Positions 28,195 through 40,166 of a DNA stretch of 64,000 nt are shown in pieces (position 1 is the first letter of the stretch; every line of letters starts with the position of its first letter). This stretch comes from Trichoplax adhaerens (Eukaryota > Animalia > Placozoa), in NCBI RefSeq assembly GCF_000150275.1, contig NW_002060957.1, positions 1,228,445 to 1,292,444 on the forward strand, read 5' to 3'. The position numbers and the translations under genes are program-made. Below the pieces are notes generated by a model. It worked only from the letters and a program-made list of their open reading frames with translations. It did no database searches and had not been told where the DNA came from.

Positions 28195-31132
28195 TTATGG
28201 CTTAGAACAAAGCTGATGTATTGCAGTTAAGGTATCTACAACTTGCCGCTGATTACCTGATGATTCGCCATCAATTAAGGTATGACTGCAAAAATAGATA
28301 GAAGATAATCTTAGAAAATTAATAGTTTCAAAGTTTTAAAAGCATCTGTGTTGATAATAAATTATAGTGACTTACATTATTCGTAAATGGATATCATCAT
28401 TTATATTGTCAAAAGCTTTAGTACAGCTGAATTGTTCACACTTTTTATTCAAGAATTTCAAAGATTCTATCTTCAGCGGAGTAGCTAATTTATCAATGTT
28501 ATCCCAGCGTAATAATTTAGAAATTTCATTACCAAAGCTGCAAATAATTGATACGTATATTTACGCTCATGTTAATTAAGTAAACATTTGAAACCTGTGA
28601 CTTCGTACTGTGTGTAAAAGTAATATAGTAGGATGATTCAGATACTAAGAGGTACCAAATAAAAAATAAAATTTAAGCGAAAGTACTTTTATATTTACAT
28701 TTCGATTCTGCCATAATCTTGAAGAAGTAGAGCACTAACTGATCCATCATATAATGAATCCACCATTGCAGTGTATAATGCAGAATTCGAGGTTGTAGGT
28801 TGTACCGTTAAGTTTTCCAGCGCACAAATATAAGCCCTATAGTAGCAGTCAGCTAAAGAAAATCGTCGTCGTGTTACCATATAATAAATATTGGTATCGA
28901 TAAGTGAAATACTTAAGAAATCATTTTTGTAAATTAGCGTAGTTGGTATTTATGAATAAGAATGAAAATTTTAAAATAATTTAGTTCCCAGTTTATGGTC
29001 TCATCAATGAACCTTATACTTTACCGGCAGAATGGGATTCTTGCAATGTTGTATATAATCTAGCGGCTTGATTATATTCCGATACTGCGATACCAATTTG
29101 TTTGCTTAACTTGGCAGCATAAGCGGCTAAGAAGTGGTAGATAATAATCTTTTGTGGAAACTGTTGGTAAAAGCTAATAAGTATAGGAGAATCAATACGG
29201 TATACCCATGCATTACTAGTAGACATTTATCAAATTTATTTTATCATATTGACACTGATTTAAATAGCCATTTTACATACACACAAATTTCCTGTAGGCC
29301 ATGCAGTAGATTGCGATAAAATCGATTTTTATCGTCAACACTAGAAATTAGCGTAGAAAATACTTCAATCAAACTTTTATAAATTGTAAATAATTTGGGC
29401 TCAATCTTGAAAACATTACTAATTTCATAGCTTACAATGTCAACAAACTTTTACTCTTTAGGAATATCGCATCAGCGCTATCATTACCTTTCGCTATCTG
29501 CCGTTCTCATCCATTTATTATACAAAGCTAAAGACGACATTTCTAATCCAGCCACAGAGTGTATAGTCTATTTATGTGCAGTTTCTCGAAATCAGAAAAA
29601 TATTGAAGATATACGTACGACAGCTAGTATGCTATGTCCAGATAGTATGTCGTAATTATAAGTTCTATGCATGCAAAACGATCACTTATAGGCGATCATC
29701 TTTGACTCCGATACTGCTGAGATTAAACTAACAACATTATTGAATTTGAAGATTATTTTAGGACGCTATTTCACAATTGGAAATATTGTGAGGCTAACGG
29801 TCCGCCTCATTACGTCCACAGCTCATCAAAATTGAAAATAATTCTGTATGTACTTTGTTAGAATATACATTGCATACAAGGTATCATCTGCTAACTTGCC
29901 TCACAAATAAGATCAATATCTTCGGAACGGAAAAATAGAGATATCGACGTATTGTAGTGATCTATTGCTTGAATTCGATCACGATTAAGGGCAAGGCGTG
30001 CTAAGTATAAGTAGGACTCAAAGAGTGTTTCTCTTAACTGTTCCTTTTCCTTAGGCAATATACTGGCTAAATTTCCCTCATTGCCATGTGCAGATGGATG
30101 CTCTTCAGAATTCTTACAGCCTGATCCTGGTAAATTACGCTCAGTTTCAGGCAGCTGACGAAGAGCTAGTAATCGTTTCTTTATAAATTCAATCAATTTT
30201 CTGTACAGGAATATAGCATGATCTTGAGATCCATTGTCGTAAAAATCTAGGCAAGTAAGATACATAAAGGATTTACTTATCATACACAACTATAAATACG
30301 GGAAAATAATGACAACTTAGCGATAGTGATCAAGTTCTACAATACTGCTCTTTAATAAATTAGTAGTATAACCGTATTTGTTACTTTCGATGATACTGAA
30401 TGAATAGTACGATTCTACCTATGTGTATTGTGTACTAGGTTTGGAGTAAGACTATAATATAGCCAACTATAAAGATTTGATATTGTAGCACGCTATTTTG
30501 AAATATACCAGCAGCTGCTTTTCGTAAGATTGAAATTCCTTCTTGAGGTCGATCTTGAATTCGATCTTGAACCTTATCAATTACGGTGGAAGGATCTAAT
30601 ACATAAGCATTGAGATTGACTTAAGACAGGTAATGTTGATCCAGTATTAAGCACAGTGACTAAAGTTTTCTTACAAAGCTGTATCAGTTAAGAATAACAG
30701 CATTATAACTGCTTTATCAAACGTAGTCATTTATTGATGCAAGCTCTGGTTGTTACAAGAAGCAGCTAGTCATAACCAGATTGAAATGAATCGACCATCA
30801 TCTGGCATTGACTTCTATTGGTTGATTTCTCATCTCAAAGTCATGCTACTCTAGTCATAAGAGTGAGATCAGCCCATAAGCTGTCTATTCAACTAGACAA
30901 TGCAACCCTTTTACAAATATAGAGCCTTACCATCCATGACGAATTTCATCGATTCAGCATGCTTTGCATGATCGGTCACCAGCTGGGATTGCTGCAGTTC
31001 AAGTTGATGTCTATGCTTACTGCTGGTAAGATGGCTATCCAAGGTGCCTTGATTTTTGAACTTTTTACGACAAGTATGGCAATAATAAGGTGATACTGCT
31101 TGATTTTGTTGTGATTGCTCTTGGTTTGCCAT
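28195..31132 (-). CDS. Uncharacterised protein with an N-terminal C2H2 (matrin/JAZ-type) zinc finger followed by TPR/SNAP-like helical repeats
   Basis: Exon ~30930-31132 encodes YYCHTCRKKFKNQGTLDSHLTSSKHRH (Cx2C-x12-Hx5H). In-phase exons follow at ~30508-30595, 29900-30246, 29488-29566, ~29280-29340, ~29025-29173, ~28700-28852, ~28375-28518 and 28195-28286. They encode helical segments such as HAIFLYRKLIEF, ESYLYLARLAL and AVSEYNQAARLYTTLQESHSAADCYYRA. An acceptor just upstream of ATG 31132 implies further 5' exons (UTR or coding). Confidence 0.72.
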
Positions 31133-32486
31133 AGTATCTTGAAATAAAACAAGTGATTCTTAAATAGTCAATACCCTTTGCACTCGCAGGTAGCTAAGAT
31201 CCCTTCAGCAAGCCTTTCGTACCAAGTCTGCAGCACATTCAGCTCTTCGCCATGGCCACCCATAAGCAGTCCATTCTTAATCTTGAAACGTCTGCCTGAT
31301 TGTAAGCTGAGCTCAAGTATTCTTCCAGGATTTGAAAACTTGATGCAATGTCGATTTGCTACTTCGCCAATCTCAATGCCAATACTCGAGCATATTTAAA
31401 TGAATTCATTTGAAATGGGGTAACCAAGGTAATTTGGAGATTTTACCCAGGCGGTGTTCGACGCTTGATGGGTGCTTCACCCTGTAGCTGCGTCAATCAA
31501 GTCATGTTTGCGTAGTTCTATAGCCAAGCGTTGTCAATTTGCAGTCAAGACAAGGCCAATGTAGCCTTCCAGTTCGTGTTGGTACCGGTACCATGGTGTT
31601 GCGTAGAGTCATCCATGATTTGTGATAGTGTGGATAGTATAGACGCGTAAACATGTCCTAGAATACTTGGGCTATGACTGGACATTGGAGAATCTCTCGA
31701 TTGGCTCGCTTTTCTGCTGATGAAGAGAAGCCATTTCAGGAGCTACTCCAGCACAATCTACTTAACCGTCGCCATTATGGCAATGCTTTAGCATGAGCAA
31801 AGACACGTAAAATCATGCCTTTCCATGGATCCGAAATAGCCAGGAATAAGGTTTGGATTTAGTTTTAGGTCACAACAATATAGGAGTTGTTGCTCGTTTT
31901 GGGTCATAATACTAGTGTAGAGGATCATGTTTCGACACAGTCTTGCCATACAAAACGCTCGCTTAGAATGCACGCAAACATGATATCTTACCCTATAGAA
32001 ATCCTTGTACGCTTTGGGTCACCATACGAGTGTGTCGTGTGCTATTTTCCACGTATCTGATACGCTCAGCTGTTGTATCTCGCAAACATGACATCGTACT
32101 CTATAGCTATTCTGATAGCGTCTGGGAAAGTGCAGCACGGTATTGGTTGATCTAGCTAGGCCTGCGCAGTAACGACAGAAAAAAAGAGTAAGTGGCTGCA
32201 ACTTGCAAGCTGCAGATACGAGCTCACGTCGATGAATGATGGGAGTAGAACAACATGCCCAACAGTGATTCAGGTTGAATTGAGCTAACTTTGAATTAGT
32301 GAAGACATTGATTATCCAAGTTCGATGCTGGAATAGGGTAGCATGGCTTAATGAACCATCTGAACACGTCGTATTCTCGCTAATAGAAACTCTTGATTGA
32401 AAGGTTTTGCAGTTGGTTGATTGGTTATTTATTAAGTTATTATCAATAATTGCTTTACTGACGCTAAACTGGATTGAGTAGGTAAC

Positions 32487-34113
32487 ATGGCTTGTCATCC
32501 AAATAGTCAAATGGTAGTTCATCAGGTGGAAAAGATAAACGGTGATATAAACCATCAGAAATTTATTCAAGATATTTATCCTCAAAGGAAACCCTTCCTT
32601 ATTTCTGGACATGATTTAGGACCTTGCATGCATAAATGGAATGCAGATTATTTAGCTGACGTGGGTGGCCAGCAAATGGTCAAATTACATGTTGCTACGC
32701 AGGATAAAATGAATTTTATTACCAAGAATTTTAGCTACAAGTAAGAAATGGAATACTCATCCAATGAATCCATTACTCGTCAATGCTATTTTAAGGTTAT
32801 TGCATGTTATATTCAAGGACGTTGCCTTTTAAGGAATTCATCCGAAGGGCTTCTGCTACTGAAAACCAACATTACTTTTTTCAGCCGGTTTGTTCTTTTG
32901 CAAAGTTATAAATAAACCCGATATTTGTATCAATAATAATGTATACTGTATACGAGTATAGAATACCAGCTTGTACAATGTACAGTATAGGAATAGAGCA
33001 AAATTGTGAAAAAGTGACGTTAATTCATTATACTTTTATTGATACAGAAAGAAAAATATTACTTACGTTCATTGGGAAATGATCCTAGAAAGGTAGTTGA
33101 TGATTTTATACTTATCTATTTGGTAGCTGCTTAGCTAAGGATGCTAATATTAATTTTGGCTAATAAATATCATTAATAGGAGATTGCAAATTTTATGGAA
33201 CAATTTCCAGCACTAGTGGATGACATCAATCTTCCTCAATATTATGAATCGTCAGCTTTCTTTTCTAGTGTTCTACGAATTAGTTCTGGTAATTTACAAA
33301 TTTGGACACACTATGATGTAAGTATTACACTCGAAGTGACATGTCATACGATAAACCTGATGCAGATCGTTTCTTTATTGCTTTATGAAAATTCCAAAAT
33401 AGTTCCAAGGCGTGAGTTAAATTGAGCGATGACTATGGTACATTAATTATGATAAAGTATTGAAACTCTTATGGTAGTAGATGGTAGCCATTGCAGTAAA
33501 TTGCAGACATTGACCGTAACTTATATACTGTATGCATCTATAGATAATTTTTCGTTAGAATTTGCCATGATAAATCAGTGTTGACTACTAACAACCTTTA
33601 ATGAATTAAGGCTTACTTGCTAAGCAAGACTACCATTTGATACCATTAATGTGCTGCTAGGTCATGGATAATACACTAATACAAATAACTGGCCGAAAGC
33701 GAGTTGTTTTATTTAGTCCTCAAGACGCGTCAAATCTTTATCTCCAAGGCGATAAATCAGCTATAGTGGATATTGATAATCCTGATTTACAAAAGTATCC
33801 TAAATTTGCATCAGTTACGAGATATGAATGTGTCCTTGAGCCAGGTGACATTTTATTCATACCAGCAATGTGGTTTCACAATTGTGGAGCGTTGGATTTT
33901 AGTATTGGTATTAATGTATTTTGGAGACATCTCGACTATTCTTATTACGACTCACGCGATACATATGGCAATAAGGACTTACTACCGGCAGCTAGGGCTA
34001 ACCAAATTCTCGATCGAGCCATTAAAGCTTTAGGGGAGCTACCTGACGATTACAAAGACTTTTATGCTCGCCGCTTGGTGTCTAAAATAGAAAATTTGTG
34101 CTATCTTAAATAA
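32487..34113 (+). CDS. TYW5: tRNA wybutosine-synthesizing protein 5 (JmjC tRNA-yW hydroxylase)
   Basis: Exons 32487-32740, 32818-32887, 33048-33092, 33180-33317 and 33661-34113 splice in frame. They give [48 protein letters not shown]|VMDN (HxD Fe ligands), FIPAMWFHN (distal His), DTYGNKD and DFYARRLV, all closely matching TYW5. Confidence 0.96.
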
Positions 34114-34872
34114 AATGCACTATGTAAAATACTTTTATTAAAAGTATGAAGAGAATGTATCTTTATTATAAGATTCTAACAATCACCATTGAAAGCTTTA
34201 TTCATAGGTTAGAAAGACACACTATGACTAACGCGGTAAGAGCATGCCTTTATATTCTTCTATGCCTATTTGACGATTACGTATGCCTCATAATTGTTGA
34301 TTTACTTCTATAACATGTCTGATTTTAAAGATATAAACTGGTATGAATAACCTATGAAATGAAGGATTAAAATGATTAAACATTGAAAGTACTTGCTATA
34401 TCTTGTGTCCAAGGTCTAGTGCCTTACCGCACTTTGCGGGTTACAATTTATAACGATATACTCGTGCAGTACTATATAATACAAAGCTTGGTGCAGCAGG
34501 CTCGATAATCAAAAATTAGCCTAACATCTCAATAGTCTTTTGATTTTTCACCTCAAAGGATGAAATAATTCAGTTTTCAACAATCCTACAACTTGATCAC
34601 AATCTCAGCAAAGTAGTACGTATATTAGAAGAATTCTTATACGTGGTTATTTCATGAGAATAAACCTTGCAAATTTATTTTGACTTATAAATAAGCATCA
34701 GCTTGATTTTAAACATTAAAAATAGAATGAGAAAGAATAGACATGACTGTCAGAAGACTAAATAAAATGAAATATGTCGAGGGTAATGTAGCATCAATTA
34801 TAATTATAAATCAGTTCATCAAGGCTTTCTTTCGGGTTTTATTGTCTCAATTATCCAACCTTAAGTCATGCT

Positions 34873-37555
34873 CTAAGTAAAATTACTATTGAGATAAAAT
34901 ATATTCGATCCATTTACAGAATGTCCATTAAAGTCAGATGAAAATTCCATTTGGATATCTATACATCTGCAAAGTAGATCATTGAAAAAAGTATAAAAAA
35001 GATGATACAAAATTAGACCTAGGACTATCAATATCCTGAAACTGGGTCCAATGTTAATCAAAACATATCGGGGAATAGTCGCTACTAGAATAACATAATA
35101 CCCTTTAAATGCTAGAAGTTATCGTATAATCATATGAATAAATTATTTCTATTTAGGCCACGTTCTTACAGATTTTAGGCCGTCTTTACTGACCTGTCAC
35201 TTTCTTCACTCTCTACTATTTTTATATTGCCCTTGATTACTTGATCTTGCTCAACATTGAAAGGGTCCTTTAGGTACATCACTGATTGGCACCAATGCGT
35301 GGGCCTATGAATACAATAATTATCAAGTTAAAAACGATCAATAAAGGCATATCAATTGATACACCAATCATCATAAATTGCTTCTTTAACAATAACGTCA
35401 AATAATCCAGATATGTTCTTACGGGGAAAATGGAGAAGTACTTAGCAACACGTTACTTCCATCACAAATTTCAAAAGAAACATTAAACCATAACGTAAAG
35501 CCATGTACCAGCGCTCGACCCATCGCTATTAACGAAAATGGTTGCTATTTGGCCACGAGCAATAAAATCTGGTTAAGTAACCAAGTGTACCTGATTCCTT
35601 TGTCTACGCAACGAGTTATAGCTAACTTAATTGTTATGATGACAGTCATACCTCTATTCGCTTCAAGTCTGCTTCACAGACTTGTTTAATGGATAGTGAA
35701 TATATACAGGTTTCGGGAGCTATAACATTTTCAGTAGTTAACTGACATAAGCAGACGTTTTCTACATCAAGTACGAGATAATCGATCAAAAATCATTAGA
35801 GTTGGCAGAGAGTGTCAATGATAAAGTACGGTTAATATCTGATTTAGTTGATAAATAACTTTAGTCCATCATTTCGGTGTTTATCTATTTCCTGACTTAC
35901 TAAAAGCTTCTTGTTTTGCCAATGGTACGATTGTATCCATAGATACACCATATTTATCTTTTATGCTATACCAGAAATTATGTCTACAGCAAAATGTAAT
36001 TGAATATAGGACGTCTGACAACCTGCAAGCATAACTGTATGCGTGGCTATAGCTTAATTAATGATTACTACTACCTTTCTTCGTAGTCTTCATCATAACT
36101 GATCGGGGCAAGATAAATTTCAGCACATGAAGGCAAGATTATGCCATCCTAAATTGTAAATGATGAGTAAAGACTACATAAAATAATGTATCATATTCCT
36201 ATAAATTGTTAATAATTATATTAGCAACTTATCGACAAATAAAGTACTGACCAATAAATATTTAATACAGGATGAAGTGATTGTATTACCTCTTTAAGCC
36301 ATTTATCTCTTGCATAAATAACTGACTTTAGCATCCCTTCGAATAGTAAGCTGTAACCCTTAATAATGTTACATCGATGATATTGAAAGCATTACAAAAG
36401 CTGTACTGTTTATCTTACAGTGTACTCAATTAATGCTACAGAATACTTGATATTACCATCCATTCGCTAACAATGACGTCTACTTTTTCAGGTAGTTCAA
36501 TATTCTATTTTACGTAAAATAAGAAATTCCATAAGACCATGGTTATAAATTTATTAATTTATTCTTGAGGCACTGGAGCTCTATAGCCTGTATCACGATG
36601 TCATCGTGATGTTGTAAAACGCACCTCAACCAGATCGTTAATGACGGATATCTTATCTTGAGCATTATTTGCTAATGCAACCTTCTTTGCCTGTTCGGCT
36701 ATTGCGCTCGCTTCAACGGCATACACTAAATACAATTAAAAGTAGTATTAACTTGAAGTTATTACTCGTAGATTCATCATTATAATGAGAAACAATAACG
36801 AATCTTGCGTGTTATAATCACGTTCTTATATGTACATTAGTATTTGCGTCACTAGTCACTTTTATTAAATGACGCTTGTATCGTTATGTTGAGATTGAGT
36901 AAGAGAGCATCAAATATTCCTAACCTTTGCGAGCTCCAGCTTCAACACAAAAATGACTTAAAATACCTAATATAGGAAGTCAATTAATCATGTTCTTTTT
37001 AAATCACCGTAATATCAAAGTCAATTTACTTATTAATAAAAATCCGTACCTGTACCAGCTCCAACATCAAGGACTACTTTATTTCGTATACGATTAGCAT
37101 TCTTTAATATTGCAAGCCTATAGAAAGGAATGCATGCCAGTGATATTGAGGAAGTGCTTGCATGTTTAATGTAGATTAAGATAGAAGATCTTATCAAGCA
37201 AAGGTTTGAAATTTTTATGATACCGATAGGTTTTAGTTCTGATCTCATCACTTAGCATTTCTTGGTGCACATCCAAATGCGCGTAGGCACTGAAATGTGT
37301 ATAAATAAGTTTATATATGAGTGCGATTAATCCGTCCATACTATCTATTAATCAATTGTTAATTGAAAGAAGGTTGTTATTCATCAGCTGTTTAATCAGT
37401 CATTTCGATTGACATGCGAAAGGGTAATACATTACAGTACTTTAGTTAGCATTAGTATCGCCATCAAGTAGGCTGCCAAAAGCGGCATACTGCCAATTCA
37501 AGTCTTACCGGAAGTAATCTTCATCCTTGGTTCTTTGATGGTACCATCGATTCAT
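34873..37555 (-). CDS. PRMT6: Type I protein arginine N-methyltransferase, PRMT6-like; 13 exons
   Basis: Spliced translation: MNRWYHQRTKDEDYFR/AYAHLDVHQEMLSDEIRTKTYR/...VVLDVGAGTG/ILS (motif I), VYAVEAS (post-I), EKVDVIVSEWM/GYSLLFE (double-E loop), YARDKWLK, FWYSIKDKYGVSM and LLSTSPFSP/PTHW (THW loop), with stop at 34873-34875. The YGVxM and LSTSPF...THW...VEQD motifs favour PRMT6 over PRMT1/3/8. Confidence 0.85.
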
Positions 37556-38800
37556 GGATAGTCATAGCCATTAGTTAATCATAGAAGAATTGGAGAAGAT
37601 AGCGATCATGTAATTTATATGTAATGCACTTACAAAGTTAGTCTGTGATTTAATCCACTTTAAATTCTGCCTAGTCTTATTTGCATCATCCAACAAAATG
37701 TTTTTATTCTACTGTAAGTCAGTATGTACACTATCACTCCAACAATTGCTCGTATACTGTAATAAGAATTGGATAGTCATCGCGTTCATTCTGCTGTAAT
37801 TCCTGCAGCCTGAACACCGTTATAACTCCATTAGTCGATGTACTAAGAAATTTTATCTAGCCAAGCACTTCAAAATCTATCATCGCAATGCTACATTGTT
37901 ACCCTGTTCTCTTTCGTTTAGAATTGCTGGACATGCTGGATTCTTGCGTTGGCAATGGATAAATGGGAATAGCACTGTATGTGAGCAACGATTTCCACGT
38001 TTTTTAATTAATTTAACGGTAAATAATCCTGTTGCAGGTTTGTTCCTTTATCTATGGTAGGTCTATAAGAAAATTGGAATAAATTGTGCAAATGTACAAA
38101 GTTAGTCGAGTTGCTACATGATTCACTTTACTTAAGCAGCTACATCATTTTAACAATCAACGACCACTAGCATAGCCTGATCTCGAGCAGCCATGCAAGC
38201 AGTGCAGCAGCAGCTAATCGATAATTTGCCAACACGAGGTCCTGTCCTCGTACGTACGTCGTACAGTATTTGTAGCTTAATTTCTTATTGCACAATTGAC
38301 TTTATAACACATACCAGGCTTGCAGCTGTTTCTCGTGCACAAGCTGCAGCTATGTCGACAATTTTAGCTCGATTCGCTAACTCTGTTACCAGTACTCTTA
38401 GCAGGAAACTGCAGCTCTAAGTAGCAATCGCTTATAAGTTAGCAACTTGATGTCATTGATCGCTCGCAAACGTCAGTCTAAAAACACTCGTAACCGCGAC
38501 CGGCTTGCCACCAAAGTTTTGAAGGCTGTCTCCTTCCGTCCTTCTGACCTATGCCTAGGGCCAGGGACACCAATAGTACGTTAGTAATATACCGCACTAG
38601 AAATGGCCGCCCAGAGCGAGAAGAATGATCGGGCTAATCATTTTTTCGCCCATTCTGCTACACGCTAGCATGAAACAATATAGCACCCTACGCAAAACTA
38701 ACATAGCAGCTAATTTTGGACGATAGAACTGTTGTATAGAAGTAGTGAGTCGGAGTAAATACGAATAAATCAACCTTTAATTAATCTCCATTCACACTTG

Positions 38801-38848
38801 TCGAACTGACTTTATTATGAGTTATAACTCATAATAAAGTTAGTTCGA
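38801..38848. repeat. 48-bp near-perfect palindrome with no spacer
   Basis: TCGAACTGACTTTATTATGAGTTA|TAACTCATAATAAAGTTAGTTCGA has one mismatched pair. The 32-bp core at 38809-38840 is perfect. Confidence 0.9.
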
Positions 38849-39169
38849 ATAGAAGAAGACATAGTCGGCCTTATTACAACAGGATTAAATGAACTGTAAA
38901 TAAATTCAATAAAATTGTTATTTAACAATCATTGCTACTCCGATGCTATCAATTTTGATCGATATTCGGCACAACAGTGTATTATACTGCATAATCGTCG
39001 ACACTCGATAGCATAAAATAGAAAAGTCAGGCCCTCATGATAGCATCCTCATAACCCAGCCAGCATTCCCTTCCCTCTCTTACTTCCTTAGAACTGGTCC
39101 AGTAGTCCTAACTGGGTCCTGATCAATATACAGTACAGTTCCGGGAATCGGTAGTCGGTCCAGACGTCC

Positions 39170-39232
39170 AGTACCGTACAGTGTACACTGTACAGTGTAC
39201 AGTACACTGCACAGTACTGTAGTATCAGTACC
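39170..39232. repeat. GTAC/CAGT low-complexity tract of overlapping palindromes
   Basis: GTACAGTGTACACTGTAC (39176-39193), TGTACACTGTACAGTGTACA (39182-39201) and ACAGTACTGT (39211-39220) are each self-complementary. Confidence 0.85.
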
Positions 39233-39821
39233 AGGGTGATGGGCGAAGACAAGGGCTTGAAACAATTTTCTTTTACTGTAATAAGGAAGAATGCTGAAAC
39301 CGTACATCATATACCATACTGTAGCATAGAAAACTAAGGCTTGGAGGACAACATGGCGAAAGCAACCCGGCGCAAGTATCTCCTATCCATGGCTGTTATG
39401 TTCATGGTAGAAGCTAAGCACGAGGAAGAGAGTTTGCAAAGAGATTTGCTTTCGAATTGATGTTGTTACTCGTTGGTAACTTCTATACCCTAACTAATAA
39501 ACTGAATATATAGCCAGATCGAAAGTCTGTTTTATTATTAATTACTAAATCCTTGTTTAACAAAGTCGAACCTCGCTCGACACGGCACTTGACAAACATT
39601 GGAATGTACAGAAATGCCGCAAATTAGAGATAGATGGTATAGTATTATTCCATGCTTATTCCTTTTAGAGTTCGGTAAACAGAAATAAGAACTTGATTTC
39701 CAATTCTTGAATTTCAGCAAGTTTGCAAAATAGTATAGAGGCAAGGTTATGGCTCATCTTGTATTGCAGATTGCCGGATAAAAAATAAAAGCGAACTACT
39801 GATTGAACGTAGCAGTAACAT

Positions 39822-40166
39822 GAACTCCTAGAAGGAGACCTGGATAGGAAACTATTCGAACGATCGGACTTTTCTTATAACATAAGGCAAAACTTGCCGA
39901 AAAATAGTTACTGATCATTATGGATCTTCTATATCTGTTTTCTAAATTACTCTTGCCGGAATACCGATCGCGGTTCACAGCTGAATGTAGTCCTAGAACT
40001 CCTAGAGGGAGACCTGAATAGGAAACTATTCGAACGATCGGACTTTTCTTATAACATAAGGCAAAAATTGCCGGAAAATAGTTACTGATCATTATGGATC
40101 TTCTATATCTGTTTTCTAAATCACTCTTGCCGGAATACCGATCGCGGTTCACAGCTGCATTTAGTC
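39822..40166. repeat. Recent tandem duplication, 2 x 174 bp
   Basis: Copies start at 39822 and 39996 (GAACTCCTAGA(A/G)GGAGACCTG...). I counted about 7 substitutions and no indels. Confidence 0.95.

Larger units (their letters stand above)
38150..39480. promoter_or_regulatory. GC/CpG-enriched promoter-like island upstream of PRMT6 and of a possible + strand gene
   Basis: Visibly higher GC and CpG than flanks. YY1-like motifs AAATGGCCGC (38601-38610) and AACATGGCG (39350-39358). Several palindromes. Lies directly upstream of the PRMT6 start. Confidence 0.4.

Noticed and set aside
32019-32612. 197-aa minus-strand ORF
   Set aside because: It overlaps TYW5 exon 1 and its promoter in antisense and has no recognisable domain. 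Only its distal part may be exonic, which is reported as an unresolved finding.
39796-40152. 118-aa ORF with an internal 58-aa repeat
   Set aside because: A by-product of the 174-bp DNA duplication, with no ATG start and no homology recognised.
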